Of a stretch of DNA of 64,000 nucleotides, positions 45,382-55,315 are shown piece by piece. Below the pieces are notes generated by a model. The model saw nothing but the letters and a program-made list of their open reading frames with translations, searched no databases and had not been told where the DNA came from. The number at the start of each line of letters is the position of its first letter. The stretch's first letter is position 1. Source of the stretch: an uncultured Clostridia bacterium (GTDB lineage: Bacteria > Bacillota > Clostridia > Christensenellales > UBA1242); assembly GCA_944383405.1 (NCBI GenBank), contig CALWPL010000006.1:10127-74126 (forward strand). The letters run 5' to 3'. Position numbers and translations under genes: made by a program.

Positions 45382-46116
45382 TTATATTCTTGGTTTAAAG
45401 TTTTCAAATATAATATTGTCGCAATATTGTGCAACTTTCATATAATTTGCTTGTGTGTCAACAGCCCATACAAGTAAAGGTAACTCTTTAAATTTTTTCA
45501 CAAAGCCATTTGGAACTTCATCCCATTTATAAGCAATAAACTGTGGCTCTGCAATTTTTTTAACAAAGGAAGCCCTAGTTAACATAAATCTTTTGAAAAA
45601 ATTTAGACCTTCTCCTTTTAGAGAAGATGATAATTGTCCTCGAATTACTTCTGGTGCATATCTTTTAAACCAGCGTACTGAATAAGGATTAAAACTCATA
45701 ACAGCATATTCGCCTTTGTATTTTTTGATAAGGTCATAAACTCCTTTTTCAAGAGAACTATTTATGTTATAATCTTTTATTTCAATTAAAATAGGTGCCG
45801 TTCCATTTATTTCTTTTAAGACTTCTTCAAAGGTAGGAATTGTTTCATCACTACCGAGTAGACGATATTTTTTTAATTCCTCAACATTTTTAATGTTTAC
45901 TGTATAACCATCTTCACCCGTCATTCTTTTTAATGCTTCGTCATGGAAAACTATTATTGTCCCGTCTGCAATAGCACGGACATCAAGTTCAATGGCATAT
46001 CCCATTTCAGCAGCATATTTAAAAGCAGATAAACTATTTTCAGGGTGTTTATTATCATGCAAACCACGATGAGCAATGTACTTGTTGACTAGCCATGTGT
46101 TAAATAAGTCTTTCAT
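45382..46116 (-). CDS. glycerophosphodiester phosphodiesterase family protein
   Basis: IAHRG...PENSLSAF...A...GYAIELDVR catalytic His/Glu/Asp blocks. Confidence 0.88.
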   Translation of the reverse strand: MKDLFNTWLVNKYIAHRGLHDNKHPENSLSAFKYAAEMGYAIELDVRAIADGTIIVFHDEALKRMTGEDGYTVNIKNVEELKKYRLLGSDETIPTFEEVLKEINGTAPILIEIKDYNINSSLEKGVYDLIKKYKGEYAVMSFNPYSVRWFKRYAPEVIRGQLSSSLKGEGLNFFKRFMLTRASFVKKIAEPQFIAYKWDEVPNGFVKKFKELPLLVWAVDTQANYMKVAQYCDNIIFENFKPRI

Positions 46117-46337
46117 ATATATATTCTCCTTAAAATAAGGTTACAATCTTAATACAAAAAGATTATATCAATTTTTTTTACTTTTACCAATCATTTTAAA
46201 CAAATTTTTGTAAAAATATTTAATTTAGGCTTAAAATTTGATAAAATTTTCTAAGTTTTTTTAAAAAAATAGTATTTTTATAATTATATAGATTTTAAGG
46301 CATTAATAAATAGAATAATAAATTTAATGTAAAAAAG

Positions 46338-46366
46338 TTGAAAATAATACAATTTTTTACTATAAT
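46338..46366 (+). promoter_or_regulatory. sigma-A promoter positioned for a leaderless lepA transcript
   Basis: TTGAAA (46338-46343), 17-nt spacer, TATAAT (46361-46366). The lepA ATG begins 8 nt after the -10 and no SD lies between them. Confidence 0.5.
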
Positions 46367-46373
46367 TATATTC

Positions 46374-48176
46374 ATGGAACAAAATATTAAGAACATTAGG
46401 AACTTTTGTATAATTGCTCATATTGACCATGGTAAAAGTACGCTTGCAGATAGACTTATTGAGAAAACTGGGACTTTATCTAGCAGAGAATTAACTGAAC
46501 AAGTTTTAGATAGTATGGATATTGAGCGTGAAAGAGGTATTACAATAAAACTTACTCCGACAAGGATGTTTTATGAATATAATGGGGAAGAATATACTTT
46601 AAATCTTATTGATACCCCTGGACATGTTGACTTTACTTATGAAGTTTCTCGTTCGCTTAAAGCGTGCGAAGGTGCAATTTTAGTTGTAGATGCAACACAA
46701 GGAGTCCAGGCACAAACGCTTGCAAATGTTTATTTAGCACTTGAACAAGATTTAACTATTGTTCCTGTTATAAATAAAATTGATTTACCAAGTGCAAGGG
46801 TTGAAGAAGTAAAAAAAGAGATAGAAGACATAATAGGCTTGTCATGTGAAGACGCTCCACTAATATCAGCAAAAGAAGGTATTAATATAGATAAAGTGCT
46901 TGAAAGCATAGTGCAAAAAATTCCAAGTCCAAAAGGGGATAAGAACAAGTCGTTAAAGGCACTTATTTTTGATAGTTATTATGATAATTTTAAAGGTGCT
47001 GTGAGTCTAGTTAGAGTTTTTGATGGAAGTGTTAAAGTTGGCGACAAAATAAAAATGATGAAAACTAACATGAGTTACGATGTAACAGAAGTTGGAGTAT
47101 TTTGTCCAAGTCCAAAAGAGATAAGTGTGCTTGAAACGGGCATGGTAGGATATATTTGTGCAAGTATAAAAAATGTTTCTGAAACAAAGGTAGGAGACAC
47201 TATAACATTTAGTGATAACCCAACAGAGAAGGCTCTTGAAGGTTATAAAGATGTAAAGCCTATGGTATATTGTGGGGTATTCCTAGTTGATGGCTCAAAA
47301 TATAATGATTTAAAAGATGCTCTTGAAAAACTAAAATTAAATGATGATTCTTTGCATTTTACGCCAGAGGTGTCGACAGCACTTGGATATGGTTTTAGGT
47401 GCGGATTTTTAGGGTTGCTACATCTTGAAATTATAACTGAAAGACTAGAGCGTGAATTTAATCTTGATGTTATAACGACTGCTCCTAGTGTTAGTTATCG
47501 TGTATTTAAAACTGATGGAAGTATGATTGAAATTTCCAATCCATCACTTTTACCAGCGGTAACAGAAATAAAGGAAATACAGGAACCTGTTGCAAGCGTT
47601 ATTATTTATACGCCACCTGAATATGTTGGAAATATTATGGAACTTTGTCAGGGTAAAAGGGGCGAATATCTTGATATGCAGTATTTAGATAAAAATAGAG
47701 TAATGCTAAAATATAACATTCCACTTAATGAAATTGTTTATGACTTTTTTGATGGTCTTAAATCTAGGTCAAGGGGATATGCGAGTCTTGATTATGAAGT
47801 TAATAAGTTTGAAAAAAGTGATCTTGTAAAGTTAGATATTTTATTAAATGGCGAAAAATGCGATGCTCTTAGTATAATTGTTCACAGAGATTCAGCATAT
47901 TCAAGGGGAAAGAAACTGTGTGAAAAGTTAAAACAAGTTATTCCTCGTCAGTTATTTGAGTTACCAATTCAGGCGTGCATTGGTGGAAAGGTAATTGCGA
48001 GAGAAACAGTAAAGGCAATGAGAAAAGATGTTTTAGCAAAATGCTATGGCGGAGATATTTCGAGAAAAAGAAAACTGCTTGAAAAACAAAAGGAGGGCAA
48101 GAAAAGAATGCGTCAAATAGGCTCGGTTGAAATCCCAAGCGAAGCATTTATGACAATTCTTAAACTTGATGATTAA
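46374..48176 (+). CDS. lepA: elongation factor 4 (LepA)
   Basis: [30 protein letters not shown]; LepA C-terminal domain. The ORF-track TTG at 46338 coincides with the -35 element. Confidence 0.96.
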   Translation: MEQNIKNIRNFCIIAHIDHGKSTLADRLIEKTGTLSSRELTEQVLDSMDIERERGITIKLTPTRMFYEYNGEEYTLNLIDTPGHVDFTYEVSRSLKACEGAILVVDATQGVQAQTLANVYLALEQDLTIVPVINKIDLPSARVEEVKKEIEDIIGLSCEDAPLISAKEGINIDKVLESIVQKIPSPKGDKNKSLKALIFDSYYDNFKGAVSLVRVFDGSVKVGDKIKMMKTNMSYDVTEVGVFCPSPKEISVLETGMVGYICASIKNVSETKVGDTITFSDNPTEKALEGYKDVKPMVYCGVFLVDGSKYNDLKDALEKLKLNDDSLHFTPEVSTALGYGFRCGFLGLLHLEIITERLEREFNLDVITTAPSVSYRVFKTDGSMIEISNPSLLPAVTEIKEIQEPVASVIIYTPPEYVGNIMELCQGKRGEYLDMQYLDKNRVMLKYNIPLNEIVYDFFDGLKSRSRGYASLDYEVNKFEKSDLVKLDILLNGEKCDALSIIVHRDSAYSRGKKLCEKLKQVIPRQLFELPIQACIGGKVIARETVKAMRKDVLAKCYGGDISRKRKLLEKQKEGKKRMRQIGSVEIPSEAFMTILKLDD

Positions 48177-48178
48177 AT

Positions 48179-49318
48179 ATGAATACTTTGGCATTATATT
48201 TTCACATTCCTTTTTGCAATGAAAGGAAATGCGATTATTGTTCCTTTATATCTTTTTGTAATAAAAATGATAGAATGGACGAATATGTTGACGCTTTAAT
48301 TAAAGAAATTAAAATGCGTGGAGCAAAAGAAGGTAAAGAATATAAAATATCTTCTATCTTTTTTGGTGGCGGGACTCCTAGTGTTCTTAGTGATGGGCAA
48401 ATGACTAAAATTATGATTGCAATAAAACAAAATTTTAGGTTGCTTCCAAATGCTGAGATTACAATTGAAGCAAATCCAGAGTCAATTACTGAGAGTAAGT
48501 TAAGAGAATATTTACTTGTTGGTGTTAATAGGCTTAGTATTGGGGTTCAGTCGTTAAATGATAAATTACTTGCTGCTATAGGTAGAAGGCACACGAGTAA
48601 GCAGGCAAAGGAAGCGTTAAGTCTTGCCAAGAAAATTGGATTTAAGAATATAAATGTTGATATGATGATAGGGCTTCCAGAACAAACTTTAAGTGATGTT
48701 AAAAAGACGGTAAAGTATTTAATTAAAGAAAGAGTAAATCATGTATCTGCCTACTCACTCATTCTTGAGCCAGGAACAGTTCTTCAGGAAAAAGTAAGGG
48801 TAGGGGTTATCAAACTTCCAAGTGAAGACGAAACTGTTGAAATGTATAATTTAGTATTAGATATGTTATCTCATGCCGGTATTAAAAGGTATGAAGTGTC
48901 TAATTTTGCAATGCTCGATTATGAGTGTAAACATAATCAAAATTATTGGAGGCTTGGCGAGTATCTTGCTTTTGGTGTCGGTGGACATTCGTATATGAAG
49001 GATACTAGATTTGCTAATACTGATGATTTTGATAAGTACTTGCAAAGTATTGAAAATAATACTCTTCCTATTGTTTCAGTTGAGAAGTTAAGTTTTAATG
49101 AGCGTAGAGAGGAAACAATTATGCTTGCTCTTAGGACTAGAGAAGGACTAAATCTCGAAGAATTTGATAATAGATTTGGCGGTCATTTTTTAAGAGATAA
49201 AAAGAAGGAGATTGAATTTTTGTCAAATCGTGGTTTTATATCTCTTAGGAATGGGTGTTTAAAGGTAAGTGAAAATGCTTATTATGTTTTAAATAGTATT
49301 ATTTTGAAATTAGTTTAA
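48179..49318 (+). CDS. hemW: radical SAM HemW/HemN-like protein (heme chaperone / oxygen-independent coproporphyrinogen oxidase family)
   Basis: YFHIPFC....C..C cluster region, GGGTPS, HemN_C-like tail; conserved lepA-hemW pairing. Confidence 0.88.
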   Translation: MNTLALYFHIPFCNERKCDYCSFISFCNKNDRMDEYVDALIKEIKMRGAKEGKEYKISSIFFGGGTPSVLSDGQMTKIMIAIKQNFRLLPNAEITIEANPESITESKLREYLLVGVNRLSIGVQSLNDKLLAAIGRRHTSKQAKEALSLAKKIGFKNINVDMMIGLPEQTLSDVKKTVKYLIKERVNHVSAYSLILEPGTVLQEKVRVGVIKLPSEDETVEMYNLVLDMLSHAGIKRYEVSNFAMLDYECKHNQNYWRLGEYLAFGVGGHSYMKDTRFANTDDFDKYLQSIENNTLPIVSVEKLSFNERREETIMLALRTREGLNLEEFDNRFGGHFLRDKKKEIEFLSNRGFISLRNGCLKVSENAYYVLNSIILKLV

Positions 49319-49532
49319 ATTTTAAATTATGTTTGTAATATAGAAAGTTTTAATATTTTTTAGTTTTTATTTAATTTTCTTTATAAATTATAATAAAAAG
49401 ATTGTAAAAATGTAAAATAATTAGTCAATTTGGAAATTAATTTTTGTCATTTTTGATAGAAAAATAAATTGGGTCTTGAAAGTTTATTTGAGTTAGGGTA
49501 TAATGGGACAAGTAAAGAAAGGAGATAAAAAA

Positions 49533-50165
49533 ATGACAGAAAAAAATTACGAACTTGGACTTACATATAATAGAGATGAGATGTTTAGAGAATCGAGAAA
49601 AATAGTAGATGAAGGAAGAGTAAGAAAGGTTGAAATTGGAGCGGAAAAGAGATTTGTAGAGGAAATGATTAATAAACTTACAGATAAGAAGGCTGAATTG
49701 CAAGCAAAATTACAAGAAAGAGACCTTTTTGGAGAAAATCATAGTGCTGAGTACAAAGCAGAAATTAAATTAATTCGTGAGTTGACTGCTGATTTAGTAG
49801 AAAAGGGGAAGGAATTAACAAAAGAAGATAGAACATTAAATAAAGATATGGCTGAATCTAGTAAAATTATAAGTAAGTTGTTAAACGAAAGCATGAAAGA
49901 GAGAGAACTCAAAGAAAAAATGGAAAGAGCAAAAAAGGCTTATGAAAAAGCAAATGGCGAATTAGAAAAGGCAACACAAAAGGCAAGTAAGGCAGAACAA
50001 AGAGCGCAACTTACAAAATTAGCATATGAAGCAATTATAAATAAAAATAAAGTAGTAGAACAAAAAGAAGAATATGTTGAAAGTGATAAATTTGTAACTA
50101 TAAATAGTTATGATGAAAATAGTAAATATTTGCAAGCAAATCAGGCAGCAGTACAAGAGTTTTAA
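49533..50165 (+). CDS. hypothetical Lys/Glu-rich coiled-coil protein
   Basis: ATG at 49533 follows AAAGGAG (ORF-track ATG at 49503). Heptad-like, highly charged sequence with no recognisable motifs. Confidence 0.55.
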   Translation: MTEKNYELGLTYNRDEMFRESRKIVDEGRVRKVEIGAEKRFVEEMINKLTDKKAELQAKLQERDLFGENHSAEYKAEIKLIRELTADLVEKGKELTKEDRTLNKDMAESSKIISKLLNESMKERELKEKMERAKKAYEKANGELEKATQKASKAEQRAQLTKLAYEAIINKNKVVEQKEEYVESDKFVTINSYDENSKYLQANQAAVQEF

Positions 50166-50217
50166 TATTCATAAATAATTATTATCTGGCATAAAAATTA
50201 CAAAAAGGAGTATTAAA

Positions 50218-50343
50218 ATGGACGATAAAGAAAATAAAGATATAAAAGAAGAAGATTCTCAACTAGGAAAAGAATCAGTTGATTATTATAATAATGTAAT
50301 TAGAAAAGAGTTTGCAAAAGAATACTTAGAAGAGAAAATGTAA
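50218..50343 (+). CDS. hypothetical acidic 41-aa microprotein, not in the ORF track
   Basis: ATG at 50218 follows AAAAGGAG. Translation is MDDKENKDIKEEDSQLGKESVDYYNNVIRKEFAKEYLEEKM, with stop TAA at 50341-50343. A terminator follows directly. Confidence 0.45.
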   Translation: MDDKENKDIKEEDSQLGKESVDYYNNVIRKEFAKEYLEEKM

Positions 50344-50351
50344 AATTTTAA

Positions 50352-50379
50352 AAGACATCTAAAAAGGTGTCTTTTTTTT
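50352..50379 (+). terminator. rho-independent terminator
   Basis: AAGACATC pairs with GGTGTCTT (imperfect), followed by T8. Confidence 0.6.
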
Positions 50380-50556
50380 GTATATTGGAATTTTAATTTA
50401 TTAAAAAGTTAAGTTTTTGCAAGAAAAATGTATTAATTATATATATAGTTTCAGACTATTTTTCAAAATAAGAATTGTAAGAAAATAAAAAAATGGCAAA
50501 ATTATTTGTCGAAATTAAAAAGATTATTATATAATGACTAAGTTGGAGAAAGATAG

Positions 50557-52092
50557 ATGTTATCAATAATAAATTCTTTTGGGCTATTAGGGCTTGATGG
50601 CTATTTAGTAAAAGTTGAAACAGATATAAATAGGGGTTTGCCTTCTTATGATGTAGTAGGTTTAGCAGATGCCGCTATAAAGGAGTCAAAGCAGAGAGTA
50701 ATGTCTGCAATTAAAAATCAAGGATATAAATACCCAATAAATAAGATAACTATTAATTTAGCCCCTGCTGATATGAAGAAAGAAGGGTCGCTTTATGACC
50801 TTGCTATTTCGGTTGGTATTTTATATGCTTCTGAGCAAGTAGAGACTGCGAGAGATAAGTTAGAAGAATTTGCTTTTATTGGAGAATTATCTCTTGATGG
50901 AACACTTAGAAAAATTAAAGGAGTTCTACCAATTTTAATAACTGCAAGAAATTTAGGCATAAAGAAAATAGTTGTTCCAAGTGAAAATGCGGGAGAAGCA
51001 AGTTTCATTGAAGGGCTACAAGTATATCCAGCAAAAGATTTAAAGCAGGTTATTCAATTTTTAAATAATGAACTTGAGATAAAACCAGTTGAAAATTTAA
51101 GTTATGAATACATAAAGACAACAAGAAAACCAAGTGGAGATTTTGCGTGGATAAGGGGACAGGCAAGTGCAAAAAGAGCACTTGAAATTTCTGCGGCTGG
51201 TGGGCATAATGTTTTGCTTATTGGACCACCTGGAAGTGGGAAAACTATGCTTGCAAAGGCTTTTCCTAGCATTTTACCAGATATGACCTTTGATGAAGCG
51301 TTAGAGACAACTAAAATACATAGTATTGCTGGCACATTAGATAGCAATATTGGAATAATAACAGAAAGACCTTTTAGGTCGCCGCATCATACGGCAACCA
51401 TTGTAGCCCTTACTGGCGGTGGGAGTAAGGCAAAGCCAGGGGAGATAAGTCTTGCGCATAACGGGGTGTTATTTTTAGATGAGATGCCAGAATATAATAA
51501 GCATACACTTGAAGCGTTAAGACAGCCTCTTGAAGATGGAGTAATTACGGTTTCGAGAAATGCACAGACAGTTGAGTATCCAGCAAACTTTATTTTAATC
51601 GCTAGTATGAATCCTTGCCCATGTGGTAATTATGGCTCTGATAAGTTATGTAAGTGTACGCCACATCAGGTTCATAAGTATTTAAGTAAAGTTAGTGGAC
51701 CGCTTATGGATAGGATTGATATGTTAATTGAAGTTGATAGAGTAAAGTATAATGAGTTGAGTGAAAATGTTAGCGAAGAACCTTCAAGCGAAATAAAGAA
51801 AAGAGTAGATGCAGCAAGAATTATTCAATCAAAAAGGTTTGAAAAAGATAAAATTTATAGCAATGGTAAAATGACTAATCAAATGATAAAGAAATATTGT
51901 AAACTTGATGAAGATTCGAGCGTTTTACTTGAAATGTCATTTTCACGCCTAAAACTTACTGCAAGGGCATATAATAGAATTTTAAAGGTTGCAAGAACTA
52001 TTGCAGATTTAGATGGGAGTGAGGATATACATCTAGACCATTTAGCAGAAGCAATAAATTATAGAAGCCTTGATAATAAGTATTGGTCATAG
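50557..52092 (+). CDS. comM: YifB/ComM-family Mg-chelatase-like AAA+ ATPase
   Basis: Lon-like N-domain, Walker A GPPGSGKTM, Walker B LFLDEMPE, C-terminal ChlI-like region. Confidence 0.92.
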   Translation: MLSIINSFGLLGLDGYLVKVETDINRGLPSYDVVGLADAAIKESKQRVMSAIKNQGYKYPINKITINLAPADMKKEGSLYDLAISVGILYASEQVETARDKLEEFAFIGELSLDGTLRKIKGVLPILITARNLGIKKIVVPSENAGEASFIEGLQVYPAKDLKQVIQFLNNELEIKPVENLSYEYIKTTRKPSGDFAWIRGQASAKRALEISAAGGHNVLLIGPPGSGKTMLAKAFPSILPDMTFDEALETTKIHSIAGTLDSNIGIITERPFRSPHHTATIVALTGGGSKAKPGEISLAHNGVLFLDEMPEYNKHTLEALRQPLEDGVITVSRNAQTVEYPANFILIASMNPCPCGNYGSDKLCKCTPHQVHKYLSKVSGPLMDRIDMLIEVDRVKYNELSENVSEEPSSEIKKRVDAARIIQSKRFEKDKIYSNGKMTNQMIKKYCKLDEDSSVLLEMSFSRLKLTARAYNRILKVARTIADLDGSEDIHLDHLAEAINYRSLDNKYWS

Positions 52093-52100
52093 GAGAAATT

Positions 52101-53192
52101 ATGGATTTAGACGAGAAGGCAATTATTTGGCTTGATAGTTTTGAGTTTGCTAGTTATACAAAAAAGACTAAGTTTTTTGAGTTGTTTGATAGTTATAAAG
52201 ACATTTTTGACAAAAAGAAATTTGAATCTCATAGGGAAGAAATATTAAAGATTTTTGATGATAAGGAATTTTCAAAACTTACAAAATATTTGTCATTAAA
52301 GACTGCAGATAAAATAATTGAATTTCATAAAAAACTAGGAATAGGCATGTTGACATATATTTCAGAAGGTTATCCTGAGACATTACTTAATATTGATTCA
52401 GCACCATTTGTTTTATATTATAAAGGAGACATAAATTTATTAAATTCTTTTTGTATTAGTATAGTTGGTAGTAGAAAGACAACAAATTATGGGGTTATGG
52501 TAACTGAGAGATTTGCAAAAGAACTTGTTAGTTATGGTGTAACTATTGTGAGTGGACTAGCGTATGGCGTTGACTCAATAGCACATAATGCAACTCTTGA
52601 AGCAAAAGGAAAAACAATCGCCGTACTTGCAGGTGGGTTAGACAATATTTATCCAACTAGTAATTTTAATCTTGCAAAGCAAATTATAGAAAGTGGTGGG
52701 CTTCTAATTTCTGAACACAGGGCAAAGATAAAGGCGGAAGCATATATGTTTCCGTTTAGAAATAGAATTATGGCAGGGCTTTCAAGGGGAGTATTAATAA
52801 CTGAGGCTCATGCGTTGTCCGGTACTGTTCACACAAAGAACTTTGCCTTGGATTATGGTCGAGATGTTTTTGCTGTACCAGGTAGTATTTTTAGTGAAGC
52901 AAGTGCTGGTAGTAATAGAATGATAACTAATGGTCATGCAAAGGCAGTTTCTAAGATTGAAGATATTGTTGAAGAATATAATCTCGTGCCTTATATTAAA
53001 ACAAAGGAGCAGCGAGATTTTACTGATGATGAAGAACAAGTAATTGAATTTTTACAAGAAGGGCAAAAAACTTTTCAGGAGATTGTCGAATGTTTGGGGT
53101 TTGAGACGAGCAGGCTTAATACTTTGTTGACAAAGTTAGCCATTCGTGGAATAATTAAAAAACTTGCTGGAAATGTTTACTTTTTAGTTTAA
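52101..53192 (+). CDS. dprA: DNA-processing protein DprA (Smf)
   Basis: ATG at 52101 follows AGGAGA. GSRKTTNYG ... SGLAYGVDSIAH Rossmann-like DprA core; C-terminal winged-helix-like tail. Confidence 0.92.
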   Translation: MDLDEKAIIWLDSFEFASYTKKTKFFELFDSYKDIFDKKKFESHREEILKIFDDKEFSKLTKYLSLKTADKIIEFHKKLGIGMLTYISEGYPETLLNIDSAPFVLYYKGDINLLNSFCISIVGSRKTTNYGVMVTERFAKELVSYGVTIVSGLAYGVDSIAHNATLEAKGKTIAVLAGGLDNIYPTSNFNLAKQIIESGGLLISEHRAKIKAEAYMFPFRNRIMAGLSRGVLITEAHALSGTVHTKNFALDYGRDVFAVPGSIFSEASAGSNRMITNGHAKAVSKIEDIVEEYNLVPYIKTKEQRDFTDDEEQVIEFLQEGQKTFQEIVECLGFETSRLNTLLTKLAIRGIIKKLAGNVYFLV

Positions 53193-53209
53193 ATAAAGAG
53201 AGTGAGAAT

Positions 53210-55312
53210 ATGAAGTTAGTAATTATAGAAGGTCCTGGAAAAAGGGAAACTTTAAAAAAATATTTAGGTTCAGATTACGATGTTGTTGCAACAAAGGGTC
53301 ATATAAGAGACCTTCCTGCAAAGACCATGGGGGTTGATATTTCAAATAATTTTGAGCCACAGTATGAGATTATGCCGGGCAAAGAGAGTATAATTAAAGA
53401 ACTTAAACAAAAGGCAGGAAAGGCAGAAAAGGTTCTTCTTGCAACCGACCCTGATAGAGAAGGAGAGTCTATTTCTTGGCATATAGAAAACATATTAAAT
53501 ATTAGTGAAGACGAGCCATGCAGAATAGAATTTAATGAGATTTCAAAGTCAGTTGTAAATCGTGCGGTTCAAAATCCAAGAAAGATTGATATGGATCTTG
53601 TACATGCTCAACAAGGTAGGCGTGTTCTTGATAGACTTGTAGGCTACAAGGTTTCGCCTATAATTTGTAAGAAGATAAAGCCAAATTTGAGTGCGGGAAG
53701 AGTACAATCTGTTGCTTTAAAGATAATTGTTGATAGGGAAGATGAAATCAATAAATTTAAACCAAAAGAATATTGGACAGTAAATGCCATCCTTGAAAAA
53801 GATGACATTAAGTTTAAAGCCGCACTTTCGTTGAAAAACAATAAGAAATATGTTCCAGAAAGCAAAGAAGAAACAGAAAAAGTATTACAAGAAATTGACA
53901 ATAAAGACTTTATTGTAGGAGAAATAAAACGAACTGTTACAAAATCAAATCCGCCACCACCTTTTATTACTAGCACATTACAGCAAGACGCTTTAAATAA
54001 AATAGGAATGAGTATCCCAGCAACAACTCGTAGTGCACAAGCGTTATACGAGGGGGTTGAACTTGGTTCAGAAGGTAAGACGGCTCTTATAACATATATA
54101 AGAACTGACTCGACAAGGGTTTCTCCTGAGGCACAACAGAATGCAAAAGAGTATATTATTAAAACTTATGGTAAAGAATATGCACCTGAGAAATTTAATA
54201 TATTTAAAACAAAGAAAAATGCACAGGACGCTCACGAGGCAATAAGACCTATTAGTTTGGAGCGAACACCAGAGTCAGTCAAGCAGTATATGTCTAGTGA
54301 TAATTATAAATTATATAAGCTCATTTATGAACGCTTTGTTGCAAGTCAAATGACGCAGGCAACTTACGACTCTCAACAGGTTGTAGTAAATGTTGGCGAG
54401 TATGGATTTAAAGCAAGTGGTAGAACTCCAATTTTTGCTGGATATACAAGAGCATACAAATTGTACGAAGAAAATCCAGATGAAAACTCAAATGAGAGTA
54501 AACTTCCCGTATTAAAAGAGCAAGATAAATTAAAATTGGATAATATTACAAAGGAACAAAAGTTTACAAAGCCACCTTCAAGATATACAGAGGCAACACT
54601 AATTAAGACAATGGAAGAAAAGGGAATTGGGCGTCCAGCAACTTATGCACCTACTGTTATGACACTGCTTAATAGGAAATACATGGAGAAAGAAGGAAAA
54701 TTTCTTCATCCTACTGAGCTTGGAATTGTAGTTACAGAGTTTTTAGAAAAATATTTTAAGGATATTATGAATATTTCTTTTACAGCCGAAATGGAAGACG
54801 ATTTAGATAAGATAGAAGAAGGCAAGATAAAGTGGCAAGATGTTATAAGAAAATTTTATGGGGGCTTTGAGCAAGAGTTAAAGGCTGCCTATATTGGCTC
54901 AAAAAAAGTAAATATTCAACCCGAAGTGAGTGATGTTGTTTGTGAAAAGTGCGGTGCAAAGATGGTTGTAAGGCAGGGAAAATATGCTAAATTTTTGGCT
55001 TGTCCTAATTATCCAAATTGCAAAAATATTAAAAGCCTTACTCCTCCGAAAAAGCCAGTTTGTAGCTGTCCACAATGTGGCAAAGATATTGTTGAAAGGC
55101 ATACAAAGTCTGGTAAATTATTTTATGGTTGTTCAGGATATCCAAACTGCAATTTTGCGAGTTGGGATAAGCCAACAAATTTAAGATGTCCTAAATGTAA
55201 AAGTTATTTAACGGTTAAAGAAGGAAAGGAATATTCGCTTTTTAAATGTTCAAATAAAGAATGTGATTTTGAAAGAAAGGAAGAAACAAAACAAACGGAG
55301 AATAAAGAGTAA
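53210..55312 (+). CDS. topA: DNA topoisomerase I
   Basis: TOPRIM (LVIIEGPGK, ATDPDREGE), catalytic-Tyr block TYIRTDS, three C-terminal Cys4 zinc ribbons. Confidence 0.97.
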   Translation: MKLVIIEGPGKRETLKKYLGSDYDVVATKGHIRDLPAKTMGVDISNNFEPQYEIMPGKESIIKELKQKAGKAEKVLLATDPDREGESISWHIENILNISEDEPCRIEFNEISKSVVNRAVQNPRKIDMDLVHAQQGRRVLDRLVGYKVSPIICKKIKPNLSAGRVQSVALKIIVDREDEINKFKPKEYWTVNAILEKDDIKFKAALSLKNNKKYVPESKEETEKVLQEIDNKDFIVGEIKRTVTKSNPPPPFITSTLQQDALNKIGMSIPATTRSAQALYEGVELGSEGKTALITYIRTDSTRVSPEAQQNAKEYIIKTYGKEYAPEKFNIFKTKKNAQDAHEAIRPISLERTPESVKQYMSSDNYKLYKLIYERFVASQMTQATYDSQQVVVNVGEYGFKASGRTPIFAGYTRAYKLYEENPDENSNESKLPVLKEQDKLKLDNITKEQKFTKPPSRYTEATLIKTMEEKGIGRPATYAPTVMTLLNRKYMEKEGKFLHPTELGIVVTEFLEKYFKDIMNISFTAEMEDDLDKIEEGKIKWQDVIRKFYGGFEQELKAAYIGSKKVNIQPEVSDVVCEKCGAKMVVRQGKYAKFLACPNYPNCKNIKSLTPPKKPVCSCPQCGKDIVERHTKSGKLFYGCSGYPNCNFASWDKPTNLRCPKCKSYLTVKEGKEYSLFKCSNKECDFERKEETKQTENKE

Positions 55313-55315
55313 TTT

